DNA of 63,796 nucleotides, filler included, from Folioceros fuciformis (Eukaryota), in assembly GCA_049999805.1 (NCBI GenBank). It is 10 parts of 10 records of this genome, joined end to end, with 100 filler letters (N's around TTAATTAATTAA, not from the genome) between each part and the next. Parts side by side here need not be neighbours in the genome. Positions count along the whole stretch, not along the records: positions 1 to 20,609 come from JBNGIO010001496.1; positions 20,710 to 35,303 come from JBNGIO010001497.1; 8 more parts are not named here. The stretch is one strand, 5' to 3'. Made by a program: the position numbers and the translations under genes. Within the stretch, counting starts at the first letter, position 1. Each line of letters starts with the position of its first letter. The notes beneath the pieces are model-generated. The model saw only the letters and a list, made by a program, of their open reading frames with translations, had not been told where the DNA came from and made no database searches. Shown here in pieces: positions 10,936 to 21,601 of this stretch.

Positions 10936-13900
10936 TCACATGTTTGAGCCTCCGACATAAAAACTATGCACCAGCCCGTCCATGTCTGTCCACCAGCTCT
11001 GTCCCGGCTGTTTCCAGGCTTTGATTCGTACCCTCCTTGCCTGCAACTCCTGGGCCTGCTCCCACATCTGGGCGCCGCTGTATATGTTAGACAACAGCAC
11101 ATATGACGCAGCGTCTATCATGTCCATTTTCAAAGCTTCTTCAAAGGCTTGGCGTCCCACGTCCACGTTGCTCCACTTTTGACAAGCGGCCAACAGAGTG
11201 TGCCAAACTGAAGCATTCGGCAGTAAAGGCATTGTCCTCACCAAACCTAATGCCTCGTCCACTTGACCTGCACGGCCGAGGAGATCCACCATGCATGTAT
11301 AGTGCTCCACCGTGGGAGTAATGCCATAATTGCTACTCATAGCCTCAAAGTACTCTCTCCCCTTGTTCACTAGACCCGAATGACTGCAAACTGTGAGAAC
11401 GCTAAGGAATGTGATGCCGAGTGGCTTAGTGCCTTCCTGTGTCATCCTCGTGACCAAGCGAAAAACCGCTTCGCTGTCTCCTTGACAGGTGTAGCCTGCA
11501 ATCAGTGCAGTCCAGGCAACAACATCTCTGATAGGGACTTCATCAAACACCTGCTGTGCATCTACCATGCTCCCAGATTTGCCATACATGTTAATCAGAC
11601 TGCCAGCTATAGACACATCAGCTTGAAGCCCTTGTTCTTCAATCTGAGCGTGTATTTGCCTTCCCACATGTAAGGCTGCCACATTCGCACATGCTTGCAG
11701 GAGGCATACAAATGTCACACAGTCAACCACAGCTATGCCTTCCTCTTGCATGACACTGTAGAGTCGAAGAGCTTCTTTGCCCATACCCTGCTGGGCATAC
11801 CCTCCAATCATAGAAGTCCATGTTACCACATCCTTTTGTTGGAGAGTGTTGAAGATTCGCTCTGCGTCTTCCAAGCTCCCACACTTCGCATACATGTTCA
11901 CCAAACTGCTGTCAACGAACACATCACCTTGATGTCCTTGTTCTCTAATCTGTGCATGAAACTGCTTCCCCGTCTCCAAAGCTGGGTTGCCCACACTTGC
12001 ACAAGCCTGCAGCAGGGACACAAAAGTCACGCAGTCAGGTAGAGCATTGCTGCGTTCTTGCATGGCCCTGTAAAGAAGAAGTGCTTCTTGGCCCAATCCC
12101 TGCTGGGAGTACCCTGATATCATGGCATTCCATGTCGCCACATCCTTCAGAGCCAGTCCCTCAAACACACTGCGAGCATCTTCCAAACTTCCACACTTGA
12201 CATACATGTTTATCAAGCTGCTTGCTACGAACACATCAATTTGATGTTCTTTCTGTTTGATTTCTGCATGAAGCTGCATTCCCTTCTCCAAAGCTGGGGC
12301 GCCTAACCTTGCACACGCCTGCAGGAGGCACACAAATGTCACAGAATCAGGTGCGGTGATGTGATGCTCTTGCACAGCACTGTAGAGAGATAGAGCTTCG
12401 TAGCCCATTCCCTGCTGGGAATATGCTGCTATGAGAGAAGTGCATAACACCAGATCAGTTTGATCAAGCCCGTCAAACACTCTGCGAGCGTCTTCGAGGC
12501 TGCCACATTTCGAATACATGTTAACCAAACTGCTGGCTACAAAAACATCATCTTGAAGTCCTTGTTCCCTAACATGTGCATGTATGTGCTTTCCAATCTC
12601 TAGCCCTGGTGTACCAAGACGCGCACATGTCTGCAGAAGGGACATGAAAGTCATAGAGGTGGGTGCAGTGATGCCTTCCTCTCGCATTGCACTATAAAGA
12701 CGCATTGCTTCTTGGTCCATCCCATGCTGAGAAAACCCGGCTATCATGGCATTCCACGACACCACATCTTTCCGACCAATTTCGTCAAACACTACCTGGG
12801 CACACTGCAAGCTGCCACATTTTGCATACATGTTCACCAAACTGTTGGCCACAAACAGATCAGTATGGTGTCCATGTTGTCTGACCTGGGCATGAATATT
12901 TTTCCCCATCTCCAAAGCCGGGGTCCCCACACTAGCACATGCTTGCAAGAGGCAGAGAAATGTCACACGATCAGGTGTAGCCATGCTACGTTCTTGCATT
13001 TCATGGTAGAGCAAGATGGCGTCCTGGCCCATGCCTTGCTGGGAATACCCTGCTATCATGCCATTCCACGTCACCACATCTTTCTTACGAAGACCATCGA
13101 AAACTTTGCGACCGTCTCCTAAGCTGCCACACTTTGCATACATGTTTACCAAACTGTTCCCTACAAACACATCAGTTTGGTGTCCTCGGTCTCGAATTTC
13201 TGCATGAAGCTTTCTCCCCTCGTCCAGAGCAGTGGCTCCAATACCTGCACATGCCTGCAGGAGGGACACAAACGTCACACAGTCGGGGGTAACCATGCCA
13301 TGTTCGAGCATAGCATCATGCAGACAGAGGGCTTCATGGCCCATGCCCTGCTGAGAATACCCTGCTATCATGGCATTCCACGTCACTACATCTTTAGTAC
13401 CAAGTCCGTCAAACACTCTTCGAGCTTCTCGCAAATTCCCACACTTTGCGTAAGCGTCCACCAAGCAATTCCAGACATACAAATCGTGCTCTACTCCATC
13501 TGCTAACACATCAGCGTGTAGCTCCTGAACAGCTCCCAAGTCTGCTCCCCTTGCGCAAGCCTGAAGAGCTGCCACAAACACATGGCCGTCTGGCCTCACA
13601 CTTGACCTACGCATGACACGATACAGTCCTATGGCCTGCTTGTCTTCCCCTTCTTTAACATGGGCAGAAATAATGGCAGACCAAGTGTATGCATCAGGTC
13701 TGCTAACCACTGCAAACACATCCACCGCGTCTTGTAACCTGCCATGGGCAACATACATCCGCAAAATGTGATTGCACAGGAAAGTGTCCGACTGATACCC
13801 CGCCTTGACAGTAAAAGCATGAACCCGGCGACCTAGAACAAGGTTGTTGTCCCCCACACATTTCTTCAGCAAAGCGTACAAGAGATACTTTGAACTAGAT

Positions 13901-14190
13901 CCGCATGTCTGCACCAAAATACCCAAAGCCTCAACAGCCTCTCTGAGTTTCCCCCGACGACATAGATTGCTGACATTTTCAGCCGTTACGCTATCTTCGT
14001 ATCCTGCAGCCCTTCCATCATCCAGCAAGCTCCAGTACCAACGGGAGCCACACCCATCCATCCCCATCCGCAGAGCACCAGCTGAACGAAAGCCGCCGTT
14101 ATCTTGCCAAACTGCGAGGCCCCGAGAACTTTTCCGTCGTACAAGCTCCTCGCCACGACCTCGCTGTAGGATCTGTCTCCAGGCAGCCAT
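10936..14190 (-). CDS. Intronless PLS-class pentatricopeptide repeat protein, E+ subclass (organellar RNA-editing factor), 1084 aa
   Basis: About eight P-L-S triplets (DVVTWNAMIAGY / PDCVTFVSLLQACA / DVFVGNSLVNMYAKCGSL), P2-L2-S2 (EHYTCMVDLLGRAG), E1/E2, and KQPGQSWW PG box followed by a stop. The Arg-rich N-terminus resembles an organellar transit peptide. Confidence 0.95.
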   Translation of the reverse strand: MAAWRQILQRGRGEELVRRKSSRGLAVWQDNGGFRSAGALRMGMDGCGSRWYWSLLDDGRAAGYEDSVTAENVSNLCRRGKLREAVEALGILVQTCGSSSKYLLYALLKKCVGDNNLVLGRRVHAFTVKAGYQSDTFLCNHILRMYVAHGRLQDAVDVFAVVSRPDAYTWSAIISAHVKEGEDKQAIGLYRVMRRSSVRPDGHVFVAALQACARGADLGAVQELHADVLADGVEHDLYVWNCLVDAYAKCGNLREARRVFDGLGTKDVVTWNAMIAGYSQQGMGHEALCLHDAMLEHGMVTPDCVTFVSLLQACAGIGATALDEGRKLHAEIRDRGHQTDVFVGNSLVNMYAKCGSLGDGRKVFDGLRKKDVVTWNGMIAGYSQQGMGQDAILLYHEMQERSMATPDRVTFLCLLQACASVGTPALEMGKNIHAQVRQHGHHTDLFVANSLVNMYAKCGSLQCAQVVFDEIGRKDVVSWNAMIAGFSQHGMDQEAMRLYSAMREEGITAPTSMTFMSLLQTCARLGTPGLEIGKHIHAHVREQGLQDDVFVASSLVNMYSKCGSLEDARRVFDGLDQTDLVLCTSLIAAYSQQGMGYEALSLYSAVQEHHITAPDSVTFVCLLQACARLGAPALEKGMQLHAEIKQKEHQIDVFVASSLINMYVKCGSLEDARSVFEGLALKDVATWNAMISGYSQQGLGQEALLLYRAMQERSNALPDCVTFVSLLQACASVGNPALETGKQFHAQIREQGHQGDVFVDSSLVNMYAKCGSLEDAERIFNTLQQKDVVTWTSMIGGYAQQGMGKEALRLYSVMQEEGIAVVDCVTFVCLLQACANVAALHVGRQIHAQIEEQGLQADVSIAGSLINMYGKSGSMVDAQQVFDEVPIRDVVAWTALIAGYTCQGDSEAVFRLVTRMTQEGTKPLGITFLSVLTVCSHSGLVNKGREYFEAMSSNYGITPTVEHYTCMVDLLGRAGQVDEALGLVRTMPLLPNASVWHTLLAACQKWSNVDVGRQAFEEALKMDMIDAASYVLLSNIYSGAQMWEQAQELQARRVRIKAWKQPGQSWWTDMDGLVHSFYVGGSNM

Positions 14191-14816
14191 GCTCTCACAC
14201 GAGGTCTGGTGCTTTTCCTGCTTCCCAGCGTCAGATTCCTTACACTCAACACATCAGCAGCAATCTGCCTCCACACGGCCATGGCTCCCTGCAGCCTTGC
14301 TCCGCGGAGCCTACCGTAAGAGTCACACCAAGGACTCCAAAGCAAAAGGCTGATTTACCCTACTAAGGATTTTCTTATACATTATTACTAGAGTACAAAT
14401 TAAGCTATACCACGAGGACGAACAACCACGAAATTAAAACCTGACAGTTTACATGGCTTGTGTAGAGCCAGCAGTCCGTCACTCCTGCATCTAACCACAT
14501 GCATCTTCTGGAGTTCACGTAGTAGCTCCTTGGATGAAGGTTATCATGAAGTTTCTACAGATATAATCGGCAGCAGCGGTGTAAAATACCTTATTCACAC
14601 CCGGCAGAAGTGGCATTGAGTTCGCATCCTTGACGAAGATCAGCTGCAGTTCCTTTTCTGTAATGGAATTGCGCTTACGGGTCTTTCTGAGATCGAATCA
14701 CGTTGAAATTGAAGACAATTCAGCGAGAAACGTAAGTAGCAGGAGGAGCACCAGCATCTACATTTATTTACTTGTTAGGAGGGATAGCAGCGAGTTGGAG
14801 TAAGATGCCTCCAAGG

Positions 14817-15051
14817 AGGACGGAATTACAAATTCCAATATCTCTCTATTTGACAACCCTGTACTGTGTTATTCCCTTGGAGGGCCAAGTTACATATTCC
14901 AGGACCTCTCTATTTCGACAGAGAAGGGCTATTTCTCTGCCAAGAAGGGCCAAATTGCAAATTCCAAGATCTCCGTACTTGGACAACAAAGCTATGTCAG
15001 GCCAAATTGCAAATTCCAAGATCTCCGTACTTGGACAACAAAGCTATGTCA
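14817..15051. repeat. Tandem repeat: two identical 52-bp units (14948-15051) plus two degenerate upstream copies
   Basis: GGCCAAATTGCAAATTCCAAGATCTCCGTACTTGGACAACAAAGCTATGTCA x2, with related units near 14817 and 14882. Confidence 0.85.
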
Positions 15052-16669
15052 CTTCCTACAGTCCCAAGTAGAAAGTATGTGAAAGAGGAGAAGGCGAGAG
15101 GGCCTTGAAGGTGCAGCTGCATATATGCTGATGGTGTTGGCCAGCTGGACATCAGTGTTGCCATTGGAGTAGGAAGCTGTGCGTCCTTGATCAAATCACA
15201 TTTGTACGCTAAAGATTAGGACATGGACGCAAAGTTTAAGCGAGTGAGACAACATGGCCGACGAACTTGGCGATTTCGAGAGAATTCAGAGGGCTTAATG
15301 ACCCAGCCCCGCGAGGACAGTGTTTTGCAAATGTAATTCACTTTGTTGGGACATTGTGCTGCTTTGGACATTGTTTCGAATGCTTGAGGGGTCAATGATC
15401 TGGCCCCGCAAGGACATTGCTCTGCAAGCATGTCTACAGCATTGGGACAGTCTGATGCTTTGAGCATATAAGTCCTCGACCGTGCAAACTTGGACAAGCC
15501 TCACGTGCTACATTTCACACCAACCTTTACCAACAATTCACACCAACAGTTAGAATGGCCAGTACCTATTTCAGAGACTAACCCAATAACTTTTCGTAAT
15601 TAAGTTAGGTTAAAACGGTTATAACTCGCTCTTTGTTGATATGCTTCTTTGGACCTCAATGTAGTTATTTTTGCGCCTACGCTTGTGCACCTTAGTGCTT
15701 TCGATCATGATGTTGTCTACGATCGGCCACGCCATAACCTTTATATGGCATCAGAACACCATGGACCGCGTACGAATCCCATACGGTATGAGGTCTGCCC
15801 CATCAACTTGGATGGCAGCAGCATCTGCCGTAAGAGGCACCGAAAACCCTAGGTGATCTGCGTACTCGGTGATCACAAGGATCAGATCCTTGGGGGCAGA
15901 TATTAGACGCATGTTTCAATTACATTAGCAGCATGGATCTTGCTGCAACATCGCGTCCAGTTTGGACAGCACCACACTTGAGCATTCCCTCGCAGGAGGA
16001 AGAAAAGAGAATTTACTTCGATTTGCTCAAACAATACTGGCAGAATTTGAGCAAATGGGAGAGCAATCAAAGGCGCAGACAGTAGCTGATGCAGCACCAT
16101 GACGCGAAACAGGAACGGAAATCGGGACAGGTTTTGGAGAGATGAAGACTCACTTTCTCAAACACTGTACCGTTCCTGTAGTTGTTGTAATTGCTGCTAT
16201 GTTCAGCGTGCAGAAGAGCGGCCTTTGCCTCGCCGTCCATTACTACACGGCACATCTCAAAAAGACCACATAGCAATTAGACATCTAAAATTCACATTAA
16301 GAATCCTTAAAGACCAAGCACATCTAGCACATCAAAACTATAGAAAGGATAGATCAAACTACAAAAACAGATAGGTGTTTTGAACAAAAAATTGTCACGG
16401 GTCTCTTTGTAAACAGATCGACTTGAAAATTACCACCTAGTATTCGATTTCTTAGGCAGCCCCACTATACCTAGTCCAGACATCTCTCGCAGTGACTCAT
16501 CTTTTGGATTGATACAAGTACCTGAACCAACAGAATAGATCTTAGGGTCTTTAGCAAGAATGTTTGGTCAAGACTCTGAGTCCTCTATACTCGAGGGTAA
16601 AATGGAAGGTTTTACAGCACCTGTACAGTAGCTATATGTGGTCACTGAAGGAACGCTCTAAGAGCTAGC

Positions 16670-19500
16670 GTGTGTAATTACTGTGGCAAACCAGGTCATT
16701 GGGTCAAGGACTGTAGAAAGAAGAAGTCAGATGATTCTGCTAAAGGAAAGCAACCTTCAGAGACACATGTTACCAGGGCCTCGACGCAAGGGCTGCTTGT
16801 TACGTGTCTTGCCTCATCTTCACGAGACACCTTTCATTGGTTCTTGGATAGTGGTGCTTCCAACCACATGTGTTCCATGAGAAGAGCTTTTGTTACATAC
16901 ACCCCAACTCCCTCTGGTCATGATCATGCAGTGGTTCTAGGTGATAACTCACAATTGCCAATCCATGGTTATGGGACAGTAGTAGTAACCCTGCAGAATG
17001 GGTCACCCTTTGAGTTAGCAAATACCTTGCATGTCCCCTTGCTCACAAAAACTCTCGTTAGCACAATGTCTTTGGGAAAGATAGGTTTGTGTAAGATTAC
17101 CTTCGAGGGTGTAGAGTGTGCCATTTCTTCAGTTGAGTCTCCATCCACCGTTATAGTCCGTGGTAGACCTCTTTATGATCTTTATCTTCTAGATTTCTTT
17201 CTAGAGTCCTCTAAACCTACAGCACATGTAGCAAACGCAAAGGCACCAGTTAACCAAACCGATCTGTGGCACTGTAGATTAAGTCATCCACACATAAAGG
17301 CAATGAGACGTCTACTTAGGGAAAAAATGGTCACTGGTATTTTAGAATCAGAACTTCATGACCTGGAGTTGTGTGTTGCCTGTATCCATGGAAAGCAGTC
17401 CAAGTCCCACTTTGGAAGTGGGAAACCTCATAAGGTTACTGAGACTCTTGACTTGGTTCACTCCGACATATGTGGACCAATGTCCTCTCCCTCTTGGGGA
17501 GGAGCAAGATACTTTGTAGTCTTCGAGGATGACAGAACTCATTCACTTTTACGTCTCTGTTGAAGCATAAAAGTGAAGTCTTCAACTATTTAAAAAAATA
17601 CTTGGCATAGGTTGAGAGGCAAACAGGCAGACAGCTCAAGTGCATTAGGTCAGATAATGCCAAGGAGTACTTGTCTCATGCTTTTCAAGAGTTCTGCAAG
17701 GATAGGGGCATAATAAGGCAACTAACTATCCCCTATCATTCTGAAATGAATGGAAGAGCTGAGCGACGTCATCGTACCATTCAACATTCAGCTCGGACAC
17801 TTTTATTTCAGGAGAGATTGCCAGTTCGCTTATGCACAGAAGCTGTGCAGGTTGCCACCTACTTGTAGAACCGAACGGCTGTTTCCTCTCTGCGTGGCCA
17901 GACACCATTTGAAGCTTGGACAGGAGTTCGACCAGATTTGGCACACCTTCGAGTGTTTGGGAGTATAGCATATGCACACATTCCAGATAAGCTTCGTTAG
18001 AAGCTTTCTTATAAGTTAAGACAACATATCTTCATCGGCTATACTGTTGGTATACATGGGTACAAATTATTTGACCTTACCTCTCACAAGGTTTCTCATG
18101 CCAGGACAGTTGCCTTTGATGAGAGGGTTGTTCTTCAATCTCCTTTCAGGTAGCTCTCCTAACTTCACTGAGCTGCCTGAACCCGATGATGTTGAAGATG
18201 CTGAGCTTGAGCAGCTGGAGGAGTCTCACTTTCCAGTTTTTGATGCCTCTTTCCCTGTTGAGTAAGATTTACCTCCAGTCCCTCAGCCTGTACCTCCCGT
18301 AGCACCTGTTGTGCCTGCTGATACTCCACCTTCTCCCCAACTAGGGTTAGTTGATCCCGCTCAGGATGACCCCCCAACAACATCTGATTCAGATAATGAC
18401 AATGCTCTTGATCGTGACGTTTCTGTCTTACCTGAGCCTGAACCAGACCATGTGCTATTTCCCCCTCTGCGTAGATCAGCCAGAGTTCATCGGCCTCCAT
18501 CTTAGTGGGTCGAACTACCCTACAACAGTGAGGACTTTAGGCATCATGTTATCCATCTTTCTATTCAACCTGGTCATGAGCCACAGACATACAAGGAAGC
18601 GCTTAGTGGTCTTGCAGCTAAGCAGTGGGAGGCTGCGATTCAGTTTGAGTATGACTCTCTTCTTTAAAATCATACCTGGGAAGTTTGCCCTCCGCCTCAA
18701 GGGAGGAAGATCGTCACCTCAAAAGTGGGTCTTCAAGCTAAAGTATACGGCTGATGGCAGTATTTCCCAGTACAAAGCACGTCTTCTAGCTCGGGGCTTT
18801 TCCCAAGTAGCTGGATTAGATTATCATGACACTTTCTCCCCGGTAGTCAAGGCTCAGTCACTTCGAGTCCTTTTTGCCCTGTCTGCACATTTTAAGCTGT
18901 ATATACACCAAATGGATGTAAAGACTGCCTTCCTTCATGGTCAGTTGGAAGAGGAAATCTTTATGTAGCAGCCAGAAGGGTATGAACTAAAAGGAAAGGA
19001 GGGTTGGGTTTGCAAACTACTTAAGACAATTTATGGACTGAAATAGAGTCCATGAGCTTGGTACTTTTGCATAAATGAGTTCTTGCTTGAGCTTGGTTCT
19101 CAAAAGAGCTCAGCCGACACCAACGTATATCTCCTACAACATGAAATAGGTTATGTTATTTTGGCACTGTATGTAGACGACTGCATTCTTATGGGCACTT
19201 ACCTAGCAGGAATTAAAAAGGTAAAAGCTCTCTAAACTGGTCATTTTGACATGGTGGACATAGGTGAACTCTCTTATTGCCTTGGCACCCAACTTCTGCA
19301 ATACAGTGAGTCAGGAACATTAGCCATTCATCAGGAAAAATACATCTATGACATGATGTTTAAGTATAAGCTTATAGAAGCGAAGCCAGCACTTACCCCT
19401 TTAGAAGCAGGTTGCAAGCTAAGTAAGTCGCAGTCCACTCAGTTAGATAGTGAACGTGAGGAGATGTCTCAAGTACCCTACCCTCAGGCAGTAGGCTCTA
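16670..19500 (+). mobile_element. Degenerate Ty1/Copia gag-pol, 5'-truncated and interrupted in RT by an LTR insertion
   Basis: Zn knuckle CNYCGKPGHWVKDC, protease WFLDSGASNHM, LWHCRLSH, integrase LVHSDICGP, RT YKARLLARGFSQ/HQMDVKTAFLHG. Many stops and frameshifts. Confidence 0.95.
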
Positions 19501-20609
19501 TGTGGAGGCAAAACCCCGGACACTGATTGCCAACGGGTTCCACCTTTAGTGGCCACACTTATCCCACTGTCGTTGAGACATTGGGTTTCGTTCCCACGAA
19601 GGAGCGATGGGGTTCCTTGCTGCTGTGGATGGAAGGTCGGACTTGATCGACTCGATGATGGATTCGAGGGCTCCCCTCCAGCTCCAATCAGGCGTAGGAT
19701 AGGCCTCGCTGTCCAGCGGTCAGCTGCACCTCTCTCGGTGCCCACAAACTCACTCCAGTCACTACAACGACTCTAACCTCTCAGATCTGTGACTTCCCTC
19801 ACACACTTCACTCACTCTCTCACTCCAGCACCAACACCAACACCAGCAACTACCAGCAACCAGCAACGACACCACTACCTTCTACACTTCCCTACTGACT
19901 CCTCCTACCCGGCAAGAGTCATTAGACTAACCCCAAAGAAAAGAAAGAAGGGAACACACTCCCCTCTTGGATATCTCCCCCCCTACAACCTTGCCAGACG
20001 CCATGAGACATGGCCGGCCTGCAGCACTTGTCCAAGCAAGGAACAAGAGTGGACAGGTCGAGAGAAAGACACATCCTTTACAATCAAGAGCTAGGGGCAA
20101 GCCCCTTCACCCTGGTCATTACACCTTGTGATCCTACCAGACACTATACAATCGGCAACACGCTGCCTGCGATCCTACCAGGCACTGTACAGCCGGCAAC
20201 ACGCGGCTTGCGATCCTACCAGACGTTGCACAGCCGGCAACACGTTGCAGGTCCTAGATTAAGCAGGGATAGACCATAAGAGCTCGTGAAGAGAGGACCT
20301 CCAAGAGCTCACGAAGGGATAGATTCACTCCCAAAGTGAATGACTCCCTCCTCCTACAGGCTCACCTGATCTTATAGGAGCCTCTCTCTCTCTTTGACTT
20401 CACCTCTCTCTAACTTGAGAAATACTATTTTAATAGGACCACTAGCCTAGCCGGCTGTCACCAGCCACTTATTTAGACTTCTAGCACATCCTGCCACCAA
20501 TGAGCTCCTGGCCCTACCACCACAAGGATCTACCACCTCTTAGACCATCCTGAGACTTCGGAGGATGTCTGATCTTCAAAGATCTACGGACGCCGCCTCT
20601 TCCTTGCTG
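19501..20609. mobile_element. Long (>1.1 kb) LTR of a probable Gypsy-type family, copy 1, truncated by a gap
   Basis: Begins TGTGGAGGCAAAACCCCGG exactly where the Copia RT frame is cut. Near-identical to 45690-46804 and to 57231-57461 (inverted). Three internal 41-bp tandem units. Confidence 0.8.
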
Positions 20610-20709
20610 NNNNNNNNNNNNNNNNNNNNNNNNNNNNNNNNNNNNNNNNNNNNTTAATTAATTAANNNNNNNNNNNNNNNNNNNNNNNNNNNNNNNNNNN
20701 NNNNNNNNN
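20610..20709. other. Artificial contig-join spacer (N44-TTAATTAATTAA-N44); the same spacer occurs at 35304, 40876, 42894, 45268, 46805, 53181, 57131 and 59388
   Basis: Identical ~100-bp N blocks carrying an all-frame stop linker. Confidence 0.97.
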
Positions 20710-21601
20710 TCACTTGGCATTCCGTGACACTTTTGTCAGTGTCTGTGTTGACACGGATGTCGTCGTGCCAGACATTATGTGCTTGTTGCCTAAGGAAAAT
20801 TTGAAAAACATTCAGACGGGCCACTCTCGCCAACCTGTAGGGCCGAGGACTGACTGGGGGAATTCACGGCATGATTTGTCGCCCGCAAAATGCTTCAGCA
20901 GATTGATCCGGCCGTGTGGCCAATTAAAAAGCGGAAGGGTTCATTTGTTTGTGAAGTTTGGGCAGTCTCAAACAACGTTCCAAGTCCTGGTCATCGAGGG
21001 GGGGTGGATGAGGATGAGAGCACTGCAGGTCTGTGTCCTGGGATTTCCGCAATGATGTGGGCTCATGTCGGACGTTACATTGTAACTCATGCCAGCATGA
21101 GACGGTCCGAGATTGTTATTGGATGTGCTCTGCTCCCATGGACTTGACCACCCTCTTGCAATCTTGGCAAAATTAGCAACCTGTGTAAGTCCCCCTCGAG
21201 GGCGAGGGCGAGTCAGGGATTGTCTATGGCTGTTCCATATTTCGAAAGTCAGGGAATGTCAGCGTCTGTTCTATGTGCAGATGTCGATCTCCAACCGCAC
21301 GTCGCCGGATGATCCCGGCAGTAATTGGACTGTAAAGTACGACTGCGCGACAGAAGGGGCCAAGGCACTATCCGACTTTCGAAACCCACCTAGCGCAGCC
21401 AGTGCGTCAGCCACGTGGCAATCTTCATCTCCTTTTGAAAACGCTTTTACTGGAGGCTCTCGCGATTCCCTGTGCCGATGGCTATGCCATACACTTTCCG
21501 CCTGGAAACCCAACCCTGGAGACTCCTGTAACTACAGGGCTCGATTATCTTACATATATGTTCCTATCCTTTTTGTAACCTAACAATTTGCGTGTCTGGT
21601 T

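Noticed and set aside
10982-14353. Numerous + strand ORFs opposite the PPR gene
   Set aside because: Antisense shadows of a repetitive coding sequence
15216-16374. Possible gene fragments between the PPR gene and the Copia
   Set aside because: No recognisable motifs or consistent exon chain
19443-20279. ORFs within the long LTR (also 45605-46545 and 57183-57413)
   Set aside because: Short frames, not conserved in length between copies, with no domain motifs; recurrence is explained by repeat identity
20610-20709. Recurrent TTAATTAATTAA palindrome within N runs
   Set aside because: Artificial all-frame-stop contig linker, identical at nine places; not biological
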